A program made the position numbers and the translations under genes. DNA of 64,000 bases, from NCBI RefSeq assembly GCF_009914755.1, contig NC_060929.1. One strand, written 5' to 3'. The notes under the pieces were generated by a model. That model did no database searches. It saw only the letters and a list, made by a program, of their open reading frames with translations, and was not told the DNA's origin. This DNA comes from the human T2T-CHM13v2.0 reference genome, Homo sapiens. Below, piece by piece: positions 1-16,469 of this stretch; within the stretch, counting starts at the first letter, position 1, and each line of letters opens with the position of its first letter.

Positions 1-99
1 CGCTTGAACTTAGGAGGCGGAGGTTGCGGTGAGCCGAGATTGTGCCACTGCACTCCAGCCTGGGCAACAGTGTGAGACTCCATCTAAAAAAAAAAAAAA
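1..99 (+). mobile_element. Alu 3' end (cut by window edge)
   Basis: gaggttgcggtgagccgagat...actccatct plus A tail. Confidence 0.9.
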
Positions 100-446
100 T
101 TTCTTGTATTGCAACATTTTCCCCTGGTCATTTCTTAGGTTTGGTTTTTTTCTTGATTAAGTTAGCTAGCTCTTGGTTTGTGTATTTTAACTTCAAAAAA
201 AATCCAAGACTTAAAAAATTACTTATATCCCATATGTTTCTATTCTCTTTAAGTTGTGCTTCTATTTCTTTTATTATGCTTCTGTTTATTTACTTTATTC
301 TTTTTCTACCATTTTTTAGCTAGGAATTTTATTCTTTTATTTTGATTCTTTGATTTATATTGATAAAAGTTAATTTTCCTCTGATTCACTGCTTTTTATA
401 TCCTGAAGATTCAAATGCATAGCATTTTTATTCTCATTACTTTTGA

Positions 447-635
447 TTTTAAGAGGTGAGGTTTCACTCTGTTGCCCAGGTTGGTGTGATCATAGCTCAC
501 TGTAGCCTCCACCTCCAAGGTTCAAGCAATCCTCCCATCTTAGCCTCGCGAGTTGCTGTAACTGCAGTTGCATACCACCACACCTGGCTAATTATTTTTT
601 ATTTTTTGGAGACAGCATCTCACTCTGTTGCCCAA
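447..635 (-). mobile_element. AluJ/FRAM-like fragments
   Basis: Reverse Alu right arm followed by the start of a second right arm. Confidence 0.75.
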
Positions 636-1300
636 TGTAGTGAGACCAAATTAAAAAATAAATTAAAAATTAAAAATTGATGGTGGAAGAAAGAGCTGAT
701 GCCTACTGTACAACAGTAAAGAGGTAGTAGCATTGTTGAACATCCCAAACACCGTATCTTACATTAAGACAATATAATAAATGTGAAAATACTTTGCAGA
801 ATTGCCCAAATTAAAAACTTTTTTTATATTTTTATCATTACTTTTTAAAGAATTCTGTAATTTCAGTCGTATTTCACCTTCTACCCAAGGGTTGTTTAAT
901 GGAAAAGCTTTTTAGGGGGAAAGGCTTTTTTTTTTCTATTTTAATTGTTGTTAATAATTTATAGTTTTATTACATTCCAATCAGCGTTGTTCTTGTAATA
1001 TTTCAGCTTATGGAACTTACTGATGATGTCTTATGACCCAATATTGATTTTTTATGAATTTTCCATGTGTACTTGAGAAGAATGTATATGTTTTATTATT
1101 GGCTGTAAAGTTAGAGATATATATATATATTCATAAGAGCTATTTTATCAATTGTGTTGTTTAGGGCTAGATTCTGTATATTTATTGTTAACTTCATCCG
1201 TCTTATACTAAGAGTGGCATGTTTGTCTCATATTACTAGTGTATTTCTATATATATATTCTAAAATCTCATATATTTTGCTTTATAAAGACTGCTGTTTC

Positions 1301-1628
<328 letters not shown>

Positions 1629-2368
1629 TCATGCATATTTATAATTATTGTTAGTCATTGTGAATTGCAGCTTTTAATATTAAAAATATTCAAGTAGATT
1701 GCTCAGGAAGTTCTTGTGGGTACAATATTCTCTGAGCCCTTGTTCAAAGATGTTTTTCAATACTTCAAGTTTAGTTTGGCTAGATTTAAAATCTTCTGTT
1801 TACATTTTTATTTCCTTATGTTTTTTGAAAATGCTACTCCTTTATTGCTCAGCTCTGTATGTTGTTTTTGAGAGGATTGAGGCCAGTCTAATTCTCTTGC
1901 CTTGTAAGTTATTTCATAATTTTTCCTGGAGGTCCTGGTGATTTTTTTTCTTTATGTTTCAAAATTGGTCTTTGGGTGTGATTTCCCTGATTCCAAGTAG
2001 ACCCTTTCAATATGGGTCTGCAACCTCCACCTCCTGGTTTCAAGTGATTCTTCTGCCTCAGCCTCCCGAGTAGCTGGGATTACAGGAAACTGCCACAATG
2101 CCTGGCCAATTATACCAAACTCTTAGTGTCCTCTGAAGACATCTTGAGCTTTCACACTTGTGGTATTTTGCTAGCTCTGTTCAACTTACTTAGAATAAGT
2201 TCCCCCAACCCCTTTCCTCTTTGCCTTTTCAAATCCTACTTATCAAAAAACTGCAGTTATGATTAAAATGACACATAGGACACACAGGAAAACATATTCA
2301 ACAGAAAGCCAATGGGTTCAATTATTTCTTTTTTTCTCTAATTTCAAAAATGTTTAAGAATTTATATC

Positions 2369-2986
<618 letters not shown>

Positions 2987-2989
2987 GAA

Positions 2990-3190
2990 TTTTGAATCTC
3001 AGCTTTATTACTTATGAATTGTATAACCTTGGGAAAGTTGTTACTTTTCTGTGCCTTGGTTTCATTGTCTGTGGTCTGTGAAATGGGGATAATACTAATA
3101 CCTACTTCAGGATATGGGGATTAAATGAATAATATGCTTAGAACAGGGCCTTGCACATAATAGGTACCAAATAAATGTGAGCTACTATTG
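2990..3190. mobile_element. MIR
   Basis: Core ctgtgaaatggggataatactaatacctac...gattaaatgaataat. Confidence 0.7.
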
Positions 3191-3294
3191 TTTTATAACT
3201 GAATATAACAAAAGACACAGCAGTAATAAATATCCCATTTCAAAGTGTCTAACATAAAATTGTTGGGTTAGAATTAACTGCAAAACTGTTTTTT

Positions 3295-3670
<376 letters not shown>

Positions 3671-3729
3671 CTAATGTGATCTTTGCTTTCCCTCAATTTT
3701 TTTTTTGCCTTGGAAGTTTTATCATAAAT

Positions 3730-4060
3730 TCATCCATTCATTATTCAACAAATATTGATTAATTGCCTACTATGTGCCAGGCACCATGCTATAGTGGTGA
3801 GCAAGAGAAGACGAGGTTCCTGCCTCCATAGACTTTTCTGGTAGGGGAGACAGAAAGAAACAGGTAAACAAAATCATACATAAGGTAATTATAGATTGTG
3901 ATAAATGTTACAAAGGAAGCAAAAGTTGAATGTGGTAGAAAGTAATTGAGATAAGGGGGAGGGTAGTTTTAAGACAGAGTGATAAATGTTCAAAAGGAGA
4001 AAAAAGAAATATAATGGAGCATCATCGGGTGGAGGGAAAGTGCTACTTTAGATGAGGTAG
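3730..4060 (-). mobile_element. L2 3' end
   Basis: cattcattattcaacaaatattgattaattgcctactatgtgccaggcac motif. Confidence 0.7.
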
Positions 4061-4828
4061 TGCTTTCTTAGTTGGTGGCTTTAATGTCATTTTCTAGTTC
4101 TCTTATAAACGAATTGATCTCTGACATCTAATTTTGTTTTGGACGATTACTTATCTTTTAGTGTTATATACTAGCACATACATACATATCTATTTGTTTC
4201 AGTGAAGTCCATCTGAATATATATTTAAAAACCATGTGTTCATACTGATGCCTCAAATTCCAGTCCAACACCATTGTAGCTTCCCCCCTTTCCTTATTTG
4301 TACCTTTTTTTTTCTCTGAAGGTAAGAAACCTGTCTCTTGTTATCCACAATGTATTATTTTGTTTTGTCCTAGTATACACATAAAATGGTGAAAAAACAC
4401 GTGTCGTAGCTAGAGTATATTTGTGTACCATTCTTTTTGTCTTTAGCCATAGATTACAGTTAAGATTTTGTTTTCCAAACTTACTTAGGTTAGTTCCACT
4501 TTTACCCTTCCCTCTGCTATAGCCCGATTGTATCCTTCATTTGTAATGCAGTTAGGTTCATTTGTTACTGTTTATATTCCATTTTGAATTCTCCCTAATT
4601 CCTGCTTGATCTTATTTATTTATTTTTTTTGGGTTGGGGGGGTGTGCCATTGCCATGGTTCTAAGCATCAGAGCTATACAGAAAGGTTTACACATAAAAG
4701 TGTTGCTCCCCCTTTCATCCTTCTTTCCTAATTCTTATTCCCCTGTTCTTTCCACTCATAGCCATGCACACCCTGTAGGTAACCAGTCTCATTTGGACTT
4801 TTTTTTTTTTTTTTAACTTTCTTTCAAG

Positions 4829-4956
4829 GCTGATCTTCAGACAAGTTCTCAGCGTTTAAATCTTTCAGCCTCCAATGCTGCAGTGGCTGAACTTAAACCG
4901 GATTGTTGTATTGATGATGTCATACATCATGAAGTCAAAGAAATTGGAACACACAT
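4829..4956 (+). CDS. TRAPPC13: TRAPPC13 internal coding exon ([43 protein letters not shown])
   Basis: Poly-T tract then ttcaag| acceptor; AT|gtaagg donor; 128 nt, phase 0 to 2; peptide recognised as TRAPPC13. Upstream exons lie outside the window. Confidence 0.95.
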
Positions 4957-6700
4957 GTAAGGATTAATTTTATTAGTTCTCAAAGGTTTTTACTTATATA
5001 TGCCTTTGTTTGAAATTTTTGCTTTCTTTTCATTCACCATGAAGCATAGGAACCTACTTCAAAAGGAATTTTATGTTCTATGTTGGCATGTTTACCAGAA
5101 ATAAAGTTTAAACCAAATGTTTGTTTTGTAGGGAGAAAATCCAGTTTATCATCATTTATCTCTAGTTTTATTTTTTTACATCTACAATCTCTAAAAAATG
5201 AAAAGCTGTACAAAATGTTTAAAACCCAGGTAGCACTCTAAAAGTAAATTTATTGTGTTTTGAAATGCTAGTAACTGATGTTCATAGTGTTTATTTTTAA
5301 ATTCAGTTTTTCAGTTTTGTATTTAACCAGGTATATGCATTCTGTCCTGAGAACTCAGAAATGTAGGACCAAAATAAGGCACACTGTGAAAAAAAATCAA
5401 ATTCTGTATTCCTGCCTTGTGTATGTATCTGAATGTGAGCGCTCTATTTTTCTTTCAGTCTGAGAGGCAATATGAAAATTTTAGCCATCTGAAGTAATTT
5501 TAGACTTCTTCATCTCCTTTAGAAATCCTGCATCCAGTCAGTTCACAAAATCCTATTAATTCTCCTGAATATCTTTCATTTATCTCTTCTTCATCTCTAC
5601 TTTACCACTTTTGCTTCTCTTTGTGCCCATTGAAGTATATAATATTAGCTGTTATCTAATCAGTTAATTTTGGTGACAAGCTCTATTTTAGGGACTTTTT
5701 CATGTATATTCTTTGGGCTTTGGAGTCAGACTTCCCAGAATTCAAATTTCAGCTTCATCATTTGTTATGTGATCTTGTATAAGTCACTTAATTCTTCAGT
5801 GATTGCCCATTGTCCTTAGGAAATTCTGACTTTGCAAATGTTTTACAAAGCTCTCTGCAACCTAATTCTTAACAAACCACAGTAGTTCTTACCATCACCA
5901 CCCATCCCTCCCTCTCCACCCTGCAGTCATTATTTGACTTCTTTTATCTCCAGACTCCATGGATTGAAATGCATTCTTCCCTTACAAAGGAATACCTATG
6001 GCATTTTATTTAGTTTACTTCTACTTCTCTTTCAAATCTCAGATTCAGCACTACTTCCTCAAGAAGTTTTCCTAACCTGCTAGACTAGATTAAATCCCAC
6101 TTTTTGTATCTTCTATAGCACCCACCATTTATCATTTTAAAAAATGTTTCGTATTTACTTATTGAGTGCCTGCCTTTCCCATTAAAGTAGGAGATGCATG
6201 AAGTCTGCTGTAGTCCAAGGATCTAGCAGAGAACAGAAGTCAGTATTTATTGAAATGGTAATAAATGTGTAAAATCTCCATTTTACAGAAAATGAGACTT
6301 GTACAATTAAGCAGCTAGTTTAGAAGACATAGAACTCAAATCCAAACCTAGTTTTAGATCCTCTACCTTGCTATACTATTCTTACTGTGAGCACTTAGAA
6401 GGCATGTATTGTGCTTTGATCAGTCCTCTTCCTAGCCCCTGCCTTACTTAGTCAGTACTAGGCAGCACAAGTATAAAGGAGAAATTAAATTACCTGCTAA
6501 TGTTACCACCCCATATAACCAACCACTATTAAAATATTAATATATTTCTTTCCAGTCTTTTTGCATATATATATAAAATAAATGTGTATAAATAATATTT
6601 TACAAAATTTTGGCCATATTGCTCATAGTTTTATTTTTTTAAATACAGTGTGAACATTTTCACACACAATAGACAGTATTTTTTGGAAACACAGTTTTTG

Positions 6701-6994
6701 GGCCGGGTGTGGTGGCTCATGCCTGTAATCCCTAATAATTTGGGAGGCTAAGGTGGGCAGATTGCTTGAGCTCAGGAGCTCAAGACCAGCCTGGGAAACA
6801 TGATGAAATCCCATCTTTACAAAAAATACAAAAATTAGCCAGACATGATAGAGCATGCCTGTAGTCTCAGCTAGTCGGGAGACTGAGGCGGGAGGATTGC
6901 TTGAGCCCAGGAGGTCAAGGCTTCAGTGATCCATGATCACGCCACTGCTCTTCAGCCTGGGTGACACAGTGGGACCCTGCCTCAAAAAAAGAAA
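6701..6994 (+). mobile_element. AluJ-like
   Basis: gaggattgcttgagcccaggagg.caaggct pattern. Confidence 0.85.
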
Positions 6995-7482
6995 CTTTTT
7001 TTTTTACATGACTCCATCTAACACAATTGTACAGTGTTTTTTGTTTACTGTAATGTTGGATGTTTATTTTCGGTTTTTCACTGTTAAAAGTAACACAGAG
7101 ATGAACACCTTAATGTTTCCTTATGTGGAATATTTGAAGTGGTTTTACTATGAGAACACATTAAGCATTTTTAAGGCTCTTTCACTAAAAGATTGTTAAA
7201 TTTCTTCCAACCACTAGCAGGGTAGAAAGACAGTTTCTCTAAACCTTCACCAACTCTGATATCACTTATAAAGAATTTTTTCAACTCTTGATAAATGGAA
7301 AAATATTACCTCATTATTTTAATGTGTTTCTCTGACTACTTGTGAGGCTGAACATTTTCACATTTTTGTTAGCCAGTTATGGTACTGTGATTTAACTGTG
7401 TATTCCTTTTCTGATGTTTTGAGTGATCTATTGGTGTTTTGCTTATTAACTTATGGGAACCCTTTGTCATATTAAGTATTAA

Positions 7483-8227
<745 letters not shown>

Positions 8228-8575
8228 GGAATTTTTTTAATCCATATTTTTTTCTAGTTTATATGAACTTGTTTTATATACTCAAATATTTGATTATTCT
8301 GAGAATTATTTTGGAATATATTTCACCTTTCAGGTGAAGTCAGGAAGTTTCTGATTTTGTGCTCCAAAAATGTTATATCTCATTTTACTAATCAGAGCTT
8401 TGTTGTTCATGTAATTATGTCCATATCTATTCTGACTTTTTCCCCTGCTCTAATCTCACACATCCACACCATAGATATAAGTGTTTTCCAAATTTCTTAG
8501 TAGAATTGAGGTGTGTTTGATTTACTATTAAAATTAAAAATGACTCAGAATCGTTAAGACATCTTTCTGTTTCAG

Positions 8576-8648
8576 CTTGGTATGTGCTGTGAGTTATACA
8601 ACTCAGGCTGGAGAAAAAATGTATTTCAGAAAATTCTTCAAATTTCAG
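8576..8648 (+). CDS. TRAPPC13: TRAPPC13 exon ([24 protein letters not shown])
   Basis: tttcag| acceptor, CAG|gtattg donor; 73 nt, completes the split Ile codon of the previous exon. Confidence 0.95.
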
Positions 8649-8907
8649 GTATTGAATATGACAATGGTAAATAGTTTTTATATGCCTTTTTCTTCCTGGT
8701 AGTATACAGTTATTCCCGTTTATCTGCAGGGAAAACAAGCTCCAAATAAAGCAAATAGCTCAATATTTTTGAATTTGTCATATGACTAGCAGTCTAAACT
8801 CAGACTAAATTAAGGTGAATAAAAGCAGAAGAATTATCATTGCCAACATGTTTTTGTAATGAAACTTGAAGGTGTTTATTCAAAATAAAAGAAAAAAATA
8901 GCTGAGT

Positions 8908-9150
8908 CTGGCACAGTGGCTCACACCTATAATCCCAGTGCTTTGGGAAGCAAAGTGGGGAGGATCACTTGAGGCCAGTTCAAGATAGCCCAGACAACAT
9001 GACCTAGGACTACAGCACAAGCCTATAATCCTAGCTCGTTGGGAGGCTGAGGCGGAAGGATCGCTTGACCCCAGGCTTCAAGGCTTCAGTGAGCTGTGAT
9101 CACGCCACTGCACTCCAGCTTGGTCAACAGAACAAGACTCTGTCTCCAAA
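8908..9150 (+). mobile_element. AluJ-like with disrupted middle
   Basis: Both arms recognisable; A-rich linker replaced by other sequence. Confidence 0.8.
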
Positions 9151-9605
9151 AAGTAAATAACTTGTTTTTATGGCCTGAGAAAACACACAATGTAGACAAG
9201 GGATAAAATGAGTGTAAAGTCCAGATAAAATGAGAGTAAATAATATCAAATTTCTAAAGAAATTTAAAGGAGAGACAATTGACTTAGAGTAAACTGAGCT
9301 TCCTTCAAAGACTCCAGGAATCACTGGAACTTTAAGTTGAGTTTTGTATTAATATACAGTTTTCAGCTTCCATCAAAAATAGTTTCAAAACACTGGTTTA
9401 GCACATTTATGTGGGGGGGGGTGGTGAGGAAATGTGAATACCACGTATGTCTATTATAAATATAGATCTAAATATGATACTGTATATGGTTTTTTTTCAT
9501 TCCTTTGTAAGTGGAAGAAAAAATACTATTCATAGGGAAAAAAAATCTGCCATTCTTTTGCTGAATCATTCATTTGTATGCTTTTTGAAAGAAAATAAAA
9601 CGTGA

Positions 9606-9920
<315 letters not shown>

Positions 9921-10261
9921 CAGTTGCTTTTTTTTGCAAACAGTTTTTGTGAATATAGATATAGAAAAATACATAAAATGTATGTGTTTGGTTTAACAAA
10001 ATATTATGGAGCAAAAACCCATGTAATGTAATTATCACCCAGTCAAGAAATAATGGTAGCCTCTCAAAAAATACATTAGGGATTCTTTTTTCTTTTCTTT
10101 TTTTTTTTTTTTTTTTTGGAAGAATATTGCATACCTATTAGAAAAGTCTTTTAACAATTAAAATTGGAAAATGACTGACAAACTTACACTATTTGATTTA
10201 AATAAATAAATAAATGGTCACATGATAACAATCTCCTGATTGATATGCTTTATTTAACCAG

Positions 10262-10306
10262 GTTCTCAAACCATTGGATGTGAAAACCAAATTTTACAAT
10301 GCAGAG
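10262..10306 (+). CDS. TRAPPC13: TRAPPC13 exon (VLKPLDVKTKFYNAE)
   Basis: aaccag| acceptor, GAG|gtaagt donor; 45 nt, phase 0-0. Confidence 0.95.
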
Positions 10307-13300
10307 GTAAGTGTTGAGTGTTTAATGGGATTTCATATTAAACATTAAGATCGTATTTGACTAAAAATCTCTTATATACATTTCTAATACTGAAGCAAAT
10401 CGCCAACGTGACTGTAAATTATTTGAAAAAATCACAAATTTCAGTTAAAATTGAATAATTTTATTATAGGTCTCATAATCTTTTTCAGCTTACATGGAAT
10501 CAATGTGTCTTGATTTTTATTCTCGTTAATTTTATAAGGCTTTCGTCTCCTTTCGTTAAATGATTGCCCTCTCATTCCATTTAATGGTGGTTGTTACACT
10601 AGCAATCTGTTGAATATTTACATGTGGTTCGGGATTTTACAAAAATTGAATTAGTAGATCTAACGCTGCAAAATAGATTTAATATTCACATGGAAAAATA
10701 CTGACAAGTGAAGCTTAGCACATTAAATTATTTCCAGGGTAGTCAGTTTGCCAGCCAGAATTAGGTTGCTGAGTTTGGTGTAATGGCTTTAAAAGCTCCT
10801 TGGGAAAAACAAATTTGGCAAAAAGAGAAGTAACTTATAATAGAAGATACTCTATCTTTTACCCTAAAAAAAAAGAGATAAAATAGAACTTGCCCAAAAA
10901 AAAAAAAAAAAAAAAAAGAACTTGCCATAGGAGAAAGGATTTATTGCTTGGATTTCTTTTCTAAGATTCTGTTTTATCTTGGCTTCTAGAGCTGCAGAAA
11001 AATCAGATCTCTTGCTAGCCCTCTTATGCCCCAAAATCTTGTGTTTCATACCAGTGATAAATTCAAAGATATCCAAATACAGTATTTTGAAATGAAGATT
11101 ATATCTCTACTACTCTAAAACCAGATAATGATCAGACATTTTTAATCACATGGCAAATTCGGTATTTATTTTTACCATCCACAATCTGAATTTTTACTCA
11201 GTACAATTTATACTATAACTAGGATTTCTAAGATGTCAAAGTTAAGGAACCTAACCTGCAGCAAAGACCTATTAGGAGAAAAGAAAAAATGCATGTAATA
11301 ACAAAACTACCTAGAATGGAATATAGTGAGAATGATACGAAAAGATGTGCTGCAAGAGCTCTCGGGAATGTGATCTTGGAATAGTTTAAAGAAGCTTTAT
11401 GGAAGAGAAGGAAAACTGGATTGGAGTCTGAAAGGAATGCAGGTTGGAAACAAGTGTCAAAGCAGTGAAGGCATTCAAGCAGGGTTACAAATGGACATGA
11501 AGTATCAAGTACATAGGAAAGAGCATACCTATTTGACGAGAGGGAAAAGCATCATCAAGATTACTAGATGTTTACAAAGTTGATGTTTCTTTTGTGGGGG
11601 ATAGGTGAGTTGGAGTAATACGCATTTATTCCCTCTTTTTTGTTATTAATACCATACTGTTGATTAATTACAGTATAGCTAGTCAGCATGGTGAGATTTA
11701 AATAGTCTAATTTTTGCTGGAAAAGATTTCATTTATAGTATGAGGGGAAAATGTTAACTATTCTGTTAGAAAATTAATTTAAAATAGGGCAATAGGTGGG
11801 TTATTTTCTGTAACTGGCTCCTAGGAGTCACATATTCAGTTATTTTAGGTTTTCTTCATTAAAAATATGGTAGTACACTAAGATACCTGTAAATTAGTTT
11901 TATAACGCTAATATTCAGAGTGATTTGTGAATAATTTTAAAAATTGCTAGTTTTTCTATAAACATTATAGAAGTGACATGCTCTCCATAAAGAAATAAAA
12001 ATTCACAATTCCACCACACCAATTGATTTTTCATTATACATACTCTTTTGCAGTCTTTATTCACTTATATATAATATTCTATTTTTATAATCACGACAAT
12101 TTTGTTTGCTTCCTTTGTCAGTTAACATTATATGTTGACATAATCTTTAAATCTTGCTAACAAACTTCAATCAAAATAATTTCAGTAATATTCTGAACTT
12201 TTGAAAATAGATCTCACTTTAAAAATCAGGAGTGAACAAATAGCATTTTGGGTCTCTCTAAGATACTTAATATTACCTATTAGACAAACAAATACTGTTC
12301 AGCCACTAGCATGAGGCAGATTATGTTGACCCCAACCAGGAATTTCAGGTAGATTGTAGGAGTTAATAAACCACAGTAATATCAGTAAGTGATGCTTATT
12401 GCTCTGTGCTGTAGTCCTTTTACAGTTAATATTATTGGCCCCACATCTGTCTCAAACATATATTTTGATACTGTTTCTAATAATGCTGTAATATGTGAAT
12501 CACCTAAAGGAAAACAAGTTCATGAGAAACTTTGTTATAGTCTTCTAAGATAGAAAAGCCTTGCAGGCAGATTGGTGAGACTAGAAGCTAGGATTCAAAC
12601 ATTTGGTCACCTGCCAGGTACCGAAGATAAATATAAACAGAACATCTTCCCAATTCTGAAGGGACCTGCATCCAGTAGAGGAGACTGACATGATGCAACT
12701 ATAATGTAAGCCCCTCCCACACATATAACCCAAATCGTGAAGTAACACATCCTGGGTACCTAGAGAGGTGAAAAATGATTTCCAGCTATGCATTTGATGG
12801 AGGTGACATTTGAGATTGCTCTTAATAAAACATTGAAGAAATATATAAGTTTTAAAAAGGCTAACTATGAAATCTACTAAGAAGAAGAGAATTCTCAATT
12901 TTTTCAAGTGGTTCAGCCCCACATTCCCTGAAGTGATCAACGGAACTCTAATTGCCCAAGATATTCCTTAGAAAGAGGATTCCATTATTACATAAATTTA
13001 AGAGAAGGTATACGGTGTATATCTATTCTGAATGTGGAGGATAGTATATATTCATCCTAAATTATCTATGAAGAATTGCAATGTTGGTAAAGAATTATAG
13101 AACTAGAAAGTCATGGGGTATACCTCTCTGCTCCAAAATGTGCCCTTAACAGTTTGCTACTGTTGAGTATTCAGCCATAGGGTTCTTCTCTATTCCATTG
13201 TCATTTAACCTTAGCAGTTTCACCTTTTTAGAAAAATGGTTTGTCATATTTCTTTATGTTGCTTCCTGTTTACTTTCTTATTTACTAATGCTGTCTTGTT

Positions 13301-13406
13301 TAGTAATTTAAAAAAATGCAGAAATGCATTTTATTTTAAAGTAATTCTTTTTTCTTTAACATTTAACTCTGATTTTTCTAATTATTCTTTTTTATTTTTC
13401 CATTAG

Positions 13407-13424
13407 AGTGACCTCAGTTCTGTG
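13407..13424 (+). CDS. TRAPPC13: TRAPPC13 18-nt microexon (SDLSSV)
   Basis: Long pyrimidine tract, cattag|AGTGACCTCAGTTCTGTG|gtaatt; phase 0-0; fills YNAE-SDLSSV-TDEVF of the recalled long isoform. Confidence 0.9.
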
Positions 13425-14395
13425 GTAATTTGATTTTTTATTATAAATTTTTATACTTTTCTTACTCACCACTTTTTGACTCTGCCTAATTAATCTCTCT
13501 TTACAAAACATAGTGGAAAAACAGTTAGTTGTGAATACCACCTATGTGACTTCAGAAAGATTATATATAATTTTATGTACTTTTTAATTATATCAATTTT
13601 CTATTCCGTGGGGCAAAATTAGCTCAAAAGTTAAATTGTCATACTGAAACAATTCTCATTTTCAGTGTTTCTTCTTTAGATTTTTTTTTTAAAGAGGTAT
13701 GTTACCTTGTGTCAAATGGCCTTGTGATTTTCATCATCTTACTGTAAAATACCCGATTATCCTAGCCTTCAGTTCTTTGAGTAGACTGTATAATCGAAAT
13801 TCATTTTCAGATGCACAGTGGTTTTAGTTTTAAGTCTGGGTCAGGTGATGATGGCCGCTTGACAAAATGAAACAGAAGAAAAGCAAATTTTCCCAACTTG
13901 GCTAAAATTTTGTTTTCAAAGTTATATTTACAATAAGCAGCATTTGCTTATATCACATTACATATGTAATAACATCAACTGCCTTAGCACTGAATTCTTA
14001 ATTTTTAAAATATCAAATTGCTTTACACTAACTGTTCAAACTAACTTGATTTTCCATTATGCTGCTTGTTTTTCTTTCGTTTTATCTAAGCTCTTCCTAA
14101 ATTTATGCAGAAAATTGCAGTTTTTAAATTGAAATGTGGGTCTGTGGTTATTTTTTTAAAAGCAATGGATTGATGGGATATATGTACTTTTTTTTAGAAC
14201 CAGTAACCAAAAAATGCCATTAAATGATGCATTTTTTTAAACTGATAAATCATTTTATTTCTATTTTCATTTGAACACATGTCCCAAAAACTAAAGAATC
14301 TGTTTTATTTTAGATAATAGTACATTATATTATAACTTAATCATTATATTTTTGCAAATGATTTTCATTTTCTTGGTGTTAGTGTTTAAAAAGCT

Positions 14396-15167
<772 letters not shown>

Positions 15168-15390
15168 TTAAGTGGCAAATTTTTCTGGTCATAGTTGATT
15201 TTATGTTATTTATGTGTAGTAAACATATTACTATGAAACTTTTGAAAAAAATTATTGAATACCCTTAGTGTATCATTTTTCATGTAGGTTTGTTTCAAAG
15301 ATAAATCAAGTTAGTCTGTTATCCTTCAATTACATGAAGGAAAATAATAACCAAATAGCATAAAATAATGTTTAGCATAATTAGGGGAAT

Positions 15391-15434
15391 TAATTTATCT
15401 AAATTTATCTAATTATCTAATTTATCTAATTATT
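15391..15434. repeat. Short tandem repeat, about 4 copies of (t)aatt(t)atct
   Basis: taatttatctaaatttatctaattatctaatttatctaatt. Confidence 0.8.
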
Positions 15435-16138
15435 AAAATTACCTACTGGCAAATATTGCTAAATAGCATCAGCTTTAAAATCTGTCACTGAGGCTACAAA
15501 ATACCTTTTGCCTGATTTAAAAGCTCTACGATGGTGAAGTATAATCCACATATTCTTTTTTTAGCCCTCAATATACATTTAAAATGAACTAAGAAATCAC
15601 TAATGACCACTCGCAAATTGCTTTAATTTAAAAAGTTAAATCCTTCAAGATTACAAAATAGATTATTCATAGTATTAGTGGTCACTACACTATCTAAATT
15701 GGCATTAATATGACAATCAAAGTTATACTGCCATATTATAATGAAGACTTAATTATCTTAACGTAATACTGAAATTATAGGAGCATAGGTATATTCATCA
15801 TACTAAAGCACATTTTAATATTTTAATACCTAATGAAAAGAAAGAGTATTTGTAAATGAAATTCCAGTTAAGTATTTTGGGATGTTAAGACAAAATATAG
15901 TTATCCTCCATCCATTGTTTGACAAGGTATCAGTTGACTAACACTTGACTTTGCCCCTGTTAATTATGATAAGGTGAAGATTTCTTTTCTTGCATTAATT
16001 GTGGTAACTTTGATTTGCAGGCATGAACTAATCACATTTGTGGTTAATATTTTTTCTTCATATAGATAAGATATTTTTGTTGAGATAAATATTTTAAATG
16101 CCGCCACACCTTGGTGGATATTTTTTTCATATCCTCAG

Positions 16139-16272
16139 ACTGATGAAGTATTTCTGGAAGCCCAGATTCAGAATATGACAACCTCACCTATGTTTATGGA
16201 GAAGGTTTCACTGGAGCCATCTATTATGTACAATGTAACAGAATTAAATTCAGTCAGCCAAGCTGGAGAATG
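16139..16272 (+). CDS. TRAPPC13: TRAPPC13 exon ([45 protein letters not shown])
   Basis: cctcag| acceptor, TG|gtaaat donor; 134 nt, phase 0 to 2. Confidence 0.95.
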
Positions 16273-16469
16273 GTAAATATTAATTTATGAAGTCTTTATC
16301 CTTGTTTTGAAAGATACATGTTTTTCTAAACATCCATTGCTCTTCAGTGGGTTTTTTTTTAATAGACTTTTTTTAAAGAATTTGAGGTTCATAGAAAAAT
16401 TCATCAGAAAGTAGAGTTTCCACATACCCTCTTCCACTCCTCACAGTTTCTCTTGTTATTTACGTCTTG

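Noticed and set aside
10085-10117. Isolated poly-T tract suggesting a reverse processed pseudogene
   Set aside because: No TSD, no adjacent minus-strand poly(A) signal, and the next sequence leads into a genuine exon.
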